IMG/VR virus record: IMGVR_UViG_3300020391_000005
Location: 1-64,000 of that record
DNA: 64,000 nucleotides
Source of the DNA: a virus
Strand: one strand, 5' to 3'
Shown here: in pieces, positions 30,506 to 40,370 of the stretch
How positions within the stretch are numbered: position 1 is the first letter of the stretch
Layout of the letters: each line of letters begins with the position of its first letter
Made by a program: the position numbers and the translations under genes
The notes under the pieces: model-generated
Seen by the model: only the letters and a program-made list of their open reading frames with translations
Databases searched by the model: none
Told to the model about the DNA's origin: nothing

Positions 30506-33500
30506 ATGTTATCTGAAAATTTGGGACCTTTTCCGTATCTAACTGTTAGAAGTGTTATTTTAGATCAGAATGAAACAACTGTAAATGCTGCCATTACAGT
30601 TAGAGATGATTCCCCACGTCCGTTTTGGCTTAACGAAAGAGAGTTTTCCGCATTTGTAAAAATATATTTGATTATGATTCCTCATACAGAACTCAGAGGC
30701 AGAGTGACTGATTTAGGTCCAACTCAGCTTGTAAATTATAAAACAAGAGCTTTTGCACAGAATAACGGACAAGATGTCTCTGCGGCGCTTAACTGGGATA
30801 AAGAATTCTATGATTCTTGTGATCATAGCATCATAACATTAACAGAGGCACTTGATAGTGCGAGTGACTCTCTTGTAACAACGTCAGAAATAGATAGAAA
30901 CGTAGATAATTTAAATGATTTAAATTTTACTGTAACTATCCCACGTACAAAATATAACTATGAAAACGAACAATTAGTTCAGCTGGACTTATACGCGCTA
31001 ACACATTTAGATGTAAAGGGCCTAGTAGAACACTATAATATGACAAGTAGAAGCTCTACAATATATAACCTTTTAGAAATTGGAGGTAATTTTTCTGTAG
31101 AGACTTTGTTAGAGAGACCTTCATCAGGACCACTACAGGTTCCTGCTACAAAAGAAATTTTAGCATATCAGGATAATACTATATTTAATGGAATATATCA
31201 TTTTCATCCGTCATCTTCACCTGGCCCTGGAGGATATGTTGGATTTATGGAGGGTCCTTCAGACCCTATGCATCCAAATGCTAAAAGGCTTAAAACAATT
31301 ACAGTTGAGTATAATAAAGTTACAGCTAATTTTCTGCTAGATGACAGTCTTTTTCTATCGGGATACAATGGGTCAAGACAGGAACTTGAAGCGCTAGATT
31401 ATTCATTTTTAACACCATATGTAGAAACCAGATCAATATATGATTCTGCAGATACAACGCTTGGTTTTCAAACAGGTTTATCAGCTGGTGTTTATGATAA
31501 TGCAGAGCAACAAAATTTGAGAAAAGAATATTTTGAAGAGTTAGCAAGAAATTCAGACTTTGAAATTGTATCCAAAACCGCTGGGTGGATTCATACAGCA
31601 GAAGATGAGGATGGGAATATTAAGGGATCTCACTCTTTATTGTTTGAAATTGATTGGGAAAAAATAGTAAGAGTCAAATCAAAATATGGATTTTTTTTAG
31701 ACCTTCTTAGAAAAAATCCAATAACTCCCTCTTCGGGTGTTGGCTTTGTATTAAAAACAGACTTAAGAACACTTCTTAATAAAGTTGATATTAAAGAGAT
31801 TACCATATATAGAACTAGGGTATCTAATCAGCCAAGGTCTAACAACCCAGTTGGCACAGCTGACTATGATACTTTTAACTTAAATGAACTACCTAAGAAA
31901 CTAATATCTACGCGTGATGAGTATAACGAAGAAGTTAATAAAAATATTTTGATTAAAAAACAAAACGAAAATTGTGTTATTGCACAAATAAATCTTAGTC
32001 GTCCATATTATAAAAAAAGGACGATAAGATTAGAAGATAAAGATATGTTTAAAAACATTAGTTTTGGCAATTATGAATACCATTTTGAAATGCGAATAGA
32101 AGATAAGATAAAGGGAATTTTTATGTTGGCTGCTAGCACCCTCCAAATCTATGCAAAAGAATATAAAAGCTTTCTTAATGCTGCATCAATACCATATATA
32201 GAAAGACCATTTTTTGGCGCTGACAGCAGTTTTATTGAACCTGGTGACACTATCGCTAGAGTAGGAAATTACATTATAAAATCGGAGCAGTACACACCAG
32301 CATTTAAGTCGGAGTCAGAAAATACTTTTGATTATAATACTCGTAGATTAATAAATCTTTATATCATAATGTCTGCATGGATAGGTCAATATGGAGAAGA
32401 TGCTGACCTTCAAGCTAGAAATAGATTAGTACAATTGTTAGAAAATTCTATAATACCAAAGAAGGGAGGAAATCTTGAATCAGCATATAAGTTTTTAGAA
32501 GCATGTCAAAGATTAATTATAGAATATAGAAGGTTACTTGATAGAGAAAACGTAGAACAAATTGATTCATTCATTCTAAATTCTTCAGTAGATTCTTACG
32601 CAAAAATAGGCAAGAAACACCCCACAAAGAGTCCAGGTAATATTGAAATTATAAAAAAAGTTATACCTGGAACAGTTACTGCTTTTAGAAAGGGTGAGAT
32701 ATTTCTTTCCTATGATATGGATGACGTAAACGAAGTTCTACAAAGAAGACAAACATATTTGGACTCACCAGTAAATTTAGATGATCCTCTCGGTATCAGA
32801 GATCTTTTGCCACCATCACGATATTTAACTCAATTAGATTCTGAAAATATTCAAATGTTAGCACAAATTAATACGATGACAGGCGGTGACTTGCAAGCGG
32901 GTATGACTGGAATAGATCTTTCTGTATTAGAAAACACACTAACAACCCCTCCTGAAAATACTTCTATTGATTTGTCTAGAGGAAGCCGACAAATTGATAA
33001 TGTTTTTGGTGCTGGAGGTGTGACTGTAACATTTCCAACTAATGAGTTCTCATTACCTAATGATGCAGATATTAGCCGGCCATTAACAGATACAAAACCA
33101 CTAGACTTAACCAGTGGACTATCTCAAAATTTAGAACAAGGATTAACAGACTCTATAACAAGAGAAGACATTACACAAACTTACACTAGAAATAGTGATG
33201 CTTTTGCTTCTCAGGCTAACTCAAGAACAGCAAATAACATTTTAGGAGAAGTTCAAAACGCACTTGGCCAAAGTGATATTTTAGAATCTGGATCACCTGC
33301 AAATCGTCGAACTGCGTTACCAAGCACAACAGATAGATTATTTGGTCAAAAAGCGTCGAGAATATCTATGGTAGTTAACCGCAATGGTCCATTTTCTGAA
33401 ACAGTTCCACTAACAGAAGAAGCAATAAATTCTGCAGACTCAGATGTTATTGTTTTAGCTGTAAGTGGAGAAGAAGGGCGCTCTTCGGGTCAAAGCTATC

Positions 33501-33727
33501 TACCAGCTAATAATGTAGCAGCAGTATCAGTTCAACAAGCAAGGGCTCTTGCCTCTGAGTCTACATCAGATTCTGATTCCAATACTAATCAATCAAATGC
33601 TTCTTCGGCGTACTCACCGCCAAGAGCTGCTCAAAACATCGAAGCGGCTCTCCCTAGAACAAATATTCCAAGGGTTGGTTCAGCTGGAAACAGGAACTTA
33701 CCCGGACGAGGAGGTTATTCTTTGTGA
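30506..33727 (+). CDS. Hypothetical virion-associated protein (1073 aa)
   Basis: Long ORF with AGGAG RBS; low-complexity S/T/N-rich C-terminus. Confidence 0.8.
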   Translation: MLSENLGPFPYLTVRSVILDQNETTVNAAITVRDDSPRPFWLNEREFSAFVKIYLIMIPHTELRGRVTDLGPTQLVNYKTRAFAQNNGQDVSAALNWDKEFYDSCDHSIITLTEALDSASDSLVTTSEIDRNVDNLNDLNFTVTIPRTKYNYENEQLVQLDLYALTHLDVKGLVEHYNMTSRSSTIYNLLEIGGNFSVETLLERPSSGPLQVPATKEILAYQDNTIFNGIYHFHPSSSPGPGGYVGFMEGPSDPMHPNAKRLKTITVEYNKVTANFLLDDSLFLSGYNGSRQELEALDYSFLTPYVETRSIYDSADTTLGFQTGLSAGVYDNAEQQNLRKEYFEELARNSDFEIVSKTAGWIHTAEDEDGNIKGSHSLLFEIDWEKIVRVKSKYGFFLDLLRKNPITPSSGVGFVLKTDLRTLLNKVDIKEITIYRTRVSNQPRSNNPVGTADYDTFNLNELPKKLISTRDEYNEEVNKNILIKKQNENCVIAQINLSRPYYKKRTIRLEDKDMFKNISFGNYEYHFEMRIEDKIKGIFMLAASTLQIYAKEYKSFLNAASIPYIERPFFGADSSFIEPGDTIARVGNYIIKSEQYTPAFKSESENTFDYNTRRLINLYIIMSAWIGQYGEDADLQARNRLVQLLENSIIPKKGGNLESAYKFLEACQRLIIEYRRLLDRENVEQIDSFILNSSVDSYAKIGKKHPTKSPGNIEIIKKVIPGTVTAFRKGEIFLSYDMDDVNEVLQRRQTYLDSPVNLDDPLGIRDLLPPSRYLTQLDSENIQMLAQINTMTGGDLQAGMTGIDLSVLENTLTTPPENTSIDLSRGSRQIDNVFGAGGVTVTFPTNEFSLPNDADISRPLTDTKPLDLTSGLSQNLEQGLTDSITREDITQTYTRNSDAFASQANSRTANNILGEVQNALGQSDILESGSPANRRTALPSTTDRLFGQKASRISMVVNRNGPFSETVPLTEEAINSADSDVIVLAVSGEEGRSSGQSYLPANNVAAVSVQQARALASESTSDSDSNTNQSNASSAYSPPRAAQNIEAALPRTNIPRVGSAGNRNLPGRGGYSL

Positions 33728-33734
33728 ATAGTGC

Positions 33735-33745
33735 CTATATAAATA
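33735..33745 (+). promoter_or_regulatory. Putative late promoter (CTATATAAATA; contains the T4-type TATAAATA)
   Basis: Intergenic, upstream of the GAGG RBS and ATG 33762. Confidence 0.4.
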
Positions 33746-33761
33746 TAGAGGATTACGATTA

Positions 33762-36452
33762 ATGCCGTTTGAGGAAGAAATATTAAATCCATGTGGCGAA
33801 CCAGACAACGATAGTGGTACAGACAACAACGATGGCGGTGGTGGCGGTACTGGTGGAGAAGTTGATGAATCCACTGATATTATTTTAGAAGAGAAGTTTC
33901 TTGTACCAAATCAAACGTTGCAAAACGAAAATGGAATTTTAACTTCTGCAGATAGAGAAATAAATTTAATACAACCAAACTTATTTTTTGACACTTCCGG
34001 TATGAGTAGACTGTCATTACGTACACAGGATTACAGAGAAAAAACAAAATTTCAAATAGCTACAACATCTTCTGCTAGTATAGATCTTTTTAGGGTATGT
34101 TTAAACAAACTGTGGTCTTGGACCGGAGTTTCTGAACAGTGGCTAGAGAATGACACTTTCTTCGGCGAACCTACTACGTACAACCAGCCGAAGGACATTT
34201 TTCAATACGAAATATCTAATGAAAGTTTTGAAAATGGATGGGGCAAATTTTGGCAGAACGATTTAAAAATAGTTTTTAATTCTGAAGATGATAGAGGCAG
34301 ATTTATAGATATTAATGATTCGACCGGTCAAACAAGTTTAAAATTTATAAAGCCATATATGATGACTGAAAATGGTGAACAACAAGGTGTATTTAACGAT
34401 TATGTTTTTTCTACAGAGCAACCATTTTTCAAAGAAGAAACCGACAAGATGATGCTATCTCAATTTACTAGTGCCGAAATAAGCGCAGAAGTTGACTATT
34501 TTAAAACACTACCAGAAGAAAAACTTGTGTTTGAGGTTCCAGAAGGAGAAACTGTAGGCGCTTATCAAGTTGAGCCTCTAGAGAGAAGATTAACAAGTTT
34601 ATATAGATATTACGATAAAACTATTAATGAAGAAGATTATATATGCTTTGAAGATGGTCACGTTCAAAAATTTACTTGTGATGCTGTAAAGAAATTAAAT
34701 GAGGCAAATGAATCAGTAGCAAATGTCTTCCCAGCAAGAGTAAACATATCTATAAATACGCAGCAAGGATCTAGAATATCAACGCTATTAGACACCTATC
34801 AAATGGATAAATATGTATTAGAATTTTTGAATAGTGATCAAATTGAGGAAAAAGATTTTGTTTTAATTTTAGATGAAACTTTATTCAACAGAGAATATAC
34901 TCTTAATGGTTTTACATTTGAGGGTGAAAATGAAAATGATAGAATTGTGAAAGAAGCAAAACAAAGAACTAGTTTAGACTTTCCAGATCCTTTTGGCCCT
35001 TCAGGTATATTTTTTAATATTCAAAACACACTGGAGCCACCAGATGGAGACTTAATTGGTATTGATAGATTAACTTATCCAATACCATTTGAATATGCTT
35101 CTAGTAATGAATATGAAATGTTATTGTTTACAGACACTATTCGATCACAAATATTTAGAAATAAATTTGAATCACTGATAATGACATCTAGAAATATAAG
35201 ATCCTTTTCAGATATAATGTCTGGTAAAAAAGCATTTTCAGAAATACTTGGATATAAAATAGAAAAATACAATATTGGAAAAGAAGTTGAAATAATAGAA
35301 TCTGATAGACCGGTACAAACATTTTATTTAATGGATAGTGATGAAATAACAACTATAAACTTTATAGACACACAAGTGAGACCTGGTTCTAAATATATTT
35401 ATAGAATTTCAACAATTAATTTTGTTTTAGGGTCTCAATATTATTATTTTCCAAATCCACAAGATCCAACAAAACCACTAGAGTATACTTACCTTGTGCA
35501 AACACTTCCACTTGGTAGAATAGTCGAAGCTCCGTTTTTTGAAAAAGTAGTGAGATTATCAGAAAAACCACCATTATCGCCTCAAGTGTCTTTTCTACCA
35601 TTTCAAGGTATTGATAATAAAATGCAAATTTTAATACAATCTAATTTTGGAGAAAGAAAAGAGATACCGATATCAATTTTACCATCAGATCAGGAAATAA
35701 TTCAAAAGATGCTAGAATCACAACAGACATCTACAGATGGATCTTTAGAATATGCAACAGATTCACTGCCAAAAATGTTTCAAGTGTTTAGACTGTCATC
35801 TCCACCTGAATCTTATGAAGATTTTAAACAATCAGATTTTATTACAGATGTAACTGTATCTGGTAGGTCTTTTTTATTTTTAGATGAAAATTTTCAACCA
35901 AATAAAAATTATTACTATATGTTCAGAGCTTTTGACGAAGTAGGAGTATCAAACCCTACAGATGTTTACAGAGTTAAAATGATTAGCTATGAAAATGGTA
36001 TATACATGGATTTAGAACAATATGAAATGCGACCAAAAGTAGATCCACTAGAAAATATATTATTTCAAAAGCTTCTTAAAATATCACCATCAAATAGACA
36101 AATAGGATTGCAGTTTGGGCCAGATGTAAGTTCTGTAGACTCTAGAGATTTTGCGTTGTCAGCACCAGATATTGAGTCAATCAAGTTAGGTTTAGTTCAA
36201 GAAAACTCTGTTTGGGGTAGAAAATTTAGGTTCAGAATAACATCACAAATATCAGGAAGAAAGATGGATATTAATGTTAGGTTTAATAAAGTTAAACAGA
36301 CTATAAGCGATTTAGAACAAAACCCTAGCGATCCAACTGATCCGTGTTCAGGTACAGATGCCTTTGATGCGAAGACTCAAAGAGCTTTGTCTAGTGGTAC
36401 TTTTGATGGTTCTATGGGTTCTGGAGAAGATTCTGGTGGCGCGTTTTATTAA
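33762..36452 (+). CDS. Hypothetical virion protein with fibronectin-III-like segments (896 aa)
   Basis: GYKIEK...FIDTQVRPGSKYIYRI and FLDENFQPNKNYYYMFRAFDEVGVSNP resemble FN3 C-terminal strands. Confidence 0.7.
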   Translation: MPFEEEILNPCGEPDNDSGTDNNDGGGGGTGGEVDESTDIILEEKFLVPNQTLQNENGILTSADREINLIQPNLFFDTSGMSRLSLRTQDYREKTKFQIATTSSASIDLFRVCLNKLWSWTGVSEQWLENDTFFGEPTTYNQPKDIFQYEISNESFENGWGKFWQNDLKIVFNSEDDRGRFIDINDSTGQTSLKFIKPYMMTENGEQQGVFNDYVFSTEQPFFKEETDKMMLSQFTSAEISAEVDYFKTLPEEKLVFEVPEGETVGAYQVEPLERRLTSLYRYYDKTINEEDYICFEDGHVQKFTCDAVKKLNEANESVANVFPARVNISINTQQGSRISTLLDTYQMDKYVLEFLNSDQIEEKDFVLILDETLFNREYTLNGFTFEGENENDRIVKEAKQRTSLDFPDPFGPSGIFFNIQNTLEPPDGDLIGIDRLTYPIPFEYASSNEYEMLLFTDTIRSQIFRNKFESLIMTSRNIRSFSDIMSGKKAFSEILGYKIEKYNIGKEVEIIESDRPVQTFYLMDSDEITTINFIDTQVRPGSKYIYRISTINFVLGSQYYYFPNPQDPTKPLEYTYLVQTLPLGRIVEAPFFEKVVRLSEKPPLSPQVSFLPFQGIDNKMQILIQSNFGERKEIPISILPSDQEIIQKMLESQQTSTDGSLEYATDSLPKMFQVFRLSSPPESYEDFKQSDFITDVTVSGRSFLFLDENFQPNKNYYYMFRAFDEVGVSNPTDVYRVKMISYENGIYMDLEQYEMRPKVDPLENILFQKLLKISPSNRQIGLQFGPDVSSVDSRDFALSAPDIESIKLGLVQENSVWGRKFRFRITSQISGRKMDINVRFNKVKQTISDLEQNPSDPTDPCSGTDAFDAKTQRALSSGTFDGSMGSGEDSGGAFY

Positions 36453-36480
36453 TATAAAAAAGAATTAATGAAACGAAAAT

Positions 36481-36491
36481 ACTATTTATTA
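36481..36491 (+). promoter_or_regulatory. Putative late promoter motif (ACTATTTATTA)
   Basis: Intergenic, upstream of the AGGAG RBS and ATG 36519. Confidence 0.6.
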
Positions 36492-36518
36492 TTGATTTAA
36501 ATACATAAGGAGCAAAAC

Positions 36519-37502
36519 ATGGCTTTTCTAGACAACTCAGGAGACATAATCTTAGATGCAGTTCTAACCGATGCAGGTCGACAAAGAATGGCAAGAGGTG
36601 AATTTAAGATTGTTAAGTTTGCGTTAAGTGACGAAGAAATAAATTATACAACATACAATTCAAATCACCCCAGCGGTTCAGCTTTTTCAGACTTAGAAAT
36701 AATGCAAACACCAGTATTAGAAGCGTTCACTAATAACACTTCTTTAATGAAAACCAAACTAATATCAATAAATAGAAATAATATTTTATATCTACCTCTC
36801 TTGAGACTTAACAACTTACGTCCTGGAACAAAAACTTTTGGTACTTTCAATGGCTTTTATTTATTAGCTGACGAAGCAACACGGAACGCTGTAGGTGCAA
36901 CCAACCCTTCTGATGGGGTTATAGACGGTACAGGTAATAATACCTTTAATAACCTAAAGCGTTATATTTCAATAGAGCAAGGTATAGAGTCTGGTGGAGA
37001 GCCACCTAGAACAACAGATATGCCGGACGACTTAGTAGAAACAGCTTTTTTGATAAGAATAGATCACAGACTATTAAGGCTAAAAGGATACAACGGAGTG
37101 GGTTATGATACAAAAACAAACTCTTTTGTTGATGATGATGCAATAGCTTCTTACTATATAGGGCTAGATGATAGTTCAATCGAATTGCCTGAAATTCGTA
37201 GAGCTGACTTTGTAGATGGAAATGGAGCGGAGAACACTTCAGCAACTTCACTAGAGATGTTTAACGGTCCGATTGGTACGACTGTAAGGTTAGCTTTGGA
37301 AACCTCAATAAATGTAAAACAATCAACAGCCCTATTTAATGAACTAGGAACAACACCCAGCCCAGGAACTCTAGATTTAAATAACGATGGTGCAAATGAA
37401 ATTGCAACGCATTCATTTATTGATACTGTGCTAAACGTTGTGGGAGTCACAACAGGATATTCGATAGATATACCAATAAGAATTATAAAAAAGTTAACAT
37501 AA
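36519..37502 (+). CDS. Tail/baseplate structural protein (tail-collar fibre anchor-like N-terminus)
   Basis: MAFLDNSGDIILDAVLTDAGRQRMARGEFKIVKFALSD resembles the LTxxG...FAxGD start of P2 gpH/DUF3751-type domains. Confidence 0.65.
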   Translation: MAFLDNSGDIILDAVLTDAGRQRMARGEFKIVKFALSDEEINYTTYNSNHPSGSAFSDLEIMQTPVLEAFTNNTSLMKTKLISINRNNILYLPLLRLNNLRPGTKTFGTFNGFYLLADEATRNAVGATNPSDGVIDGTGNNTFNNLKRYISIEQGIESGGEPPRTTDMPDDLVETAFLIRIDHRLLRLKGYNGVGYDTKTNSFVDDDAIASYYIGLDDSSIELPEIRRADFVDGNGAENTSATSLEMFNGPIGTTVRLALETSINVKQSTALFNELGTTPSPGTLDLNNDGANEIATHSFIDTVLNVVGVTTGYSIDIPIRIIKKLT

Positions 37503-37516
37503 ACTAGGAGATTACA

Positions 37517-38587
37517 ATGTCAGCAGGTACATTTTTTAAAACATTTAGCAACTCGGATAAGACAACAACAAGAACACTTTTGCATGAATCAATACCGATT
37601 ACAGGAACTTTAGTATCAGGAACTTATGCCGTATCATCAGATAGAAACGTAAACACTAAAACTTACTCACATGGAATGTTTCAATCCCAGTACGATTATC
37701 CATTTTTAAGTTCATCTGCAAATCACCTATTTGATGTTACTGTCGGTGTATCATCAGTGACAGGTGCAGGGGCAGGTCTAGACTCTTTATCAGGCTCAAT
37801 AACAAATCAGCGGTCTAAGAAAGTAAATGTGTATTCGCAAATGGCACAGGTATTGGCAGGGTATGACACTTCTGGTAATGTTAGGTCTTTTGATGCAGAT
37901 GGAGATTATTCTTCCGCCGGCGGCCATGAAAATGCTATATTTATTAATTTTTCTAGACTTCTTGTAAAAGATGAAATTAAAAAAGGATCTTTTTCGATGG
38001 TAATATCGCAGGAATTTGGTCTAGGGAACCCTGTTACAGCATCGGCAAGTTTGAGAACCATTACAGATGCTGGTTCAGCGACATCCTATAAAGTAAACTC
38101 ACCAGCCGGCGAATACGGAATTTTGAAGAGTGGATCTGCCAATGTAGGTTTAATTTATTATCAGGCAGGAGTAGCAGTTTTAACATCGTCAATATTTATT
38201 CCGGAAGCGGCCGGCGTAGATCCTCAAATATCAACCGCAGGAGGTATGCAAGCTACACTAAAAGCATCAACCATTGATACTGCTTGTGATGGAATAAGGA
38301 ACAGAATATCTAACATATCTTTCAACAATACAACAGAGCTTAACTCTTCAATTTATTTTTGTAGAGCAAATCACAATGAATTTAATTACAGTTCTAATCC
38401 GACATATCTAGATGGATCATCAATAAGAGTTAAGGGTAATGACCGCCTAGCGCCACCTAGATCGTATGTCACTACAGTTGGGCTATATTCAGCTGATAAT
38501 GAATTGTTGGCAGTTGCGAAATTATCTGAGCCCTTGAGAAAAGATCCAACTAACGAATTAACATTGAGGGTCCGCTTGGATTATTAA
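37517..38587 (+). CDS. Tail/baseplate structural protein
   Basis: C-terminus NEFNYSSNPT...YVTTVGLYSADNELLAVAKLSEPLRKD...VRLDY; paralog of the next gene; AGGAG RBS. Confidence 0.7.
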   Translation: MSAGTFFKTFSNSDKTTTRTLLHESIPITGTLVSGTYAVSSDRNVNTKTYSHGMFQSQYDYPFLSSSANHLFDVTVGVSSVTGAGAGLDSLSGSITNQRSKKVNVYSQMAQVLAGYDTSGNVRSFDADGDYSSAGGHENAIFINFSRLLVKDEIKKGSFSMVISQEFGLGNPVTASASLRTITDAGSATSYKVNSPAGEYGILKSGSANVGLIYYQAGVAVLTSSIFIPEAAGVDPQISTAGGMQATLKASTIDTACDGIRNRISNISFNNTTELNSSIYFCRANHNEFNYSSNPTYLDGSSIRVKGNDRLAPPRSYVTTVGLYSADNELLAVAKLSEPLRKDPTNELTLRVRLDY

Positions 38588-38588
38588 A

Positions 38589-39809
38589 ATGACATTCAAG
38601 AAGTTTTATAAGGATGATATTTTTTACAATACGATTGTAACGCATCCTGAGTTTGAATTCTTTGTACACAATCAAAAAGTCTATATTAATAGAGAATCTG
38701 AAGTAAATGGTGACTTTTCCAACAAAGTCAACCATGTAACACAAGGTCACATCTCTTTACACGAAATAAATGTTAATAGACCAAGTAATAGCCTTGTTAC
38801 GCCGTTTATTACAAAAGACGGTACTCGAACAGCTTTCAGAACAGTAACGACATCTAATTTTCAAGACTCATCACAATTTAGCTTTGGAGATACAATAACC
38901 GGTAAGTATCCTTTATCATCTAGTATAGGAAGAATTTTTGTCCCCGCAGGTCAAGAATCTACATCAATTAGTGGATACCCAGGACCTAATCCAGCAGAAG
39001 TTGCAGCCGCGGCAAATAAAAAATATATTAGAGCCTTAAAAAATCCTATAGAACTTAGCGGAGAAATTAATTCAGAATTTAAATATGAAAACCTAGGAAC
39101 TAAGCAAGTTAATATTATTTCAATACCTTCAATATTTTATGGGTCTTCTGTGAAAAGAGGATCATTGCAGCTTGATTTTTATGTAACAGGGACACTAACG
39201 GCACAATTAAAAGATGATAAAAAAGATGGAAGATTGATGCAAACATATGGAACTAATTCCGGCTCATGCGCAGGAATAGTTTTATACGATTATGGAACGT
39301 GTGTCTTAACAGGATCTTGGTCTTTACATGATTCTCACGTTGATAATTATTTTGACGCATCATCTACGGTACCACCTTCTTGGTTGAGTTTTGGATCTGG
39401 CATAATAGAGCCAGGACTAGATTCAACTAAATCAGGTCAAGTTGCTAGTGCTAATTCTGCATACTTAGTTAAATTAGATGGCACAAACAAAATTCCGACT
39501 GTAACGATGCTGGCACATGCTAATAAGATGGAACTTAATTACTCTACAAATCCCACTTTTGTAGATTACGATAATCAACTAACAGCTAGTATTGACTCTA
39601 TATCATATAATGAAAAACCTGGATTAATCAAAAATATTACAAAAACAAAATATGGAAATCATATAGAAGATTTTCAAAATACAACGTACATATCAAAGAT
39701 AGGAATTTATGATGAATATAAAAATCTAATAGCCATAGCACATCTTGCTAATCCTGTTAAAAAAACAGAAGTTCAAGATTATTTATTTAAACTTAAATTG
39801 GATTTCTAA
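38589..39809 (+). CDS. Tail/baseplate structural protein (paralog of 37517)
   Basis: C-terminus ELNYSTNPT...YISKIGIYDEYKNLIAIAHLANPVKK...LKLDF. Confidence 0.7.
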   Translation: MTFKKFYKDDIFYNTIVTHPEFEFFVHNQKVYINRESEVNGDFSNKVNHVTQGHISLHEINVNRPSNSLVTPFITKDGTRTAFRTVTTSNFQDSSQFSFGDTITGKYPLSSSIGRIFVPAGQESTSISGYPGPNPAEVAAAANKKYIRALKNPIELSGEINSEFKYENLGTKQVNIISIPSIFYGSSVKRGSLQLDFYVTGTLTAQLKDDKKDGRLMQTYGTNSGSCAGIVLYDYGTCVLTGSWSLHDSHVDNYFDASSTVPPSWLSFGSGIIEPGLDSTKSGQVASANSAYLVKLDGTNKIPTVTMLAHANKMELNYSTNPTFVDYDNQLTASIDSISYNEKPGLIKNITKTKYGNHIEDFQNTTYISKIGIYDEYKNLIAIAHLANPVKKTEVQDYLFKLKLDF

Positions 39810-39821
39810 TAAAATATATTT

Positions 39822-40370
39822 ATGATTAAAAAACAAACTGTACTTGGACTTGACATATCAACTTCTATCACAGGTGCCACGGTAATACAAGAGGGTAAAA
39901 TTTTAAAAACAGAGTTTTGGGATACTAGAAATAAAAACAAGTTTCCTACTTTTTATGAAAAAGCAAAATTTATTAAACAAAAAATCTTGACAGTAAAAGG
40001 TAATCATAATATAAACAGTATATATATTGAACAATCTTTACATTCTTTTAGGTCAGGCTTTTCTTCTGCTCAGACATTATCAACATTATCTAGGTTTAAT
40101 GGTGTTGTATCGTGGTTCTGTTATGAGTTGTTCGGTATTCAGCCTGAAATGATCGCCGCCACCTCCGCTCGTAAACAAGCAGGCGTGGCTATCAAACGCG
40201 GTGATAATGCAAAAGAAAAGGTTCTACAATTTATTATTGACAAATACCCTGATATTGATATACAATATACAAAGCATGGAAATCCAAAACCAGGCACATT
40301 AGATATGTGCGATAGTATTGTAATCGCGTTAGCAGGAGATAAACTTGTCAGAGAAGCTCAAACTACTTAA
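39822..40370 (+). CDS. RuvC-like Holliday junction resolvase
   Basis: RNase H-fold catalytic motifs VLGLDISTSITG, IYIEQ and DMCDSIVIA. Confidence 0.85.
   Translation: MIKKQTVLGLDISTSITGATVIQEGKILKTEFWDTRNKNKFPTFYEKAKFIKQKILTVKGNHNINSIYIEQSLHSFRSGFSSAQTLSTLSRFNGVVSWFCYELFGIQPEMIAATSARKQAGVAIKRGDNAKEKVLQFIIDKYPDIDIQYTKHGNPKPGTLDMCDSIVIALAGDKLVREAQTT
40237..40266 (+). promoter_or_regulatory. Putative sigma70-type promoter for primase
   Basis: TTGACA (40237-42), 18-nt spacer, TACAAT (40261-66); about 80 nt upstream of the primase start. Confidence 0.45.

Noticed and set aside
39987-40015. Additional TTGACA-N17-TATAAA inside the resolvase gene
   Set aside because: Plausible by chance in AT-rich coding DNA and far from the next start; weaker than the 40237 and 41965 candidates
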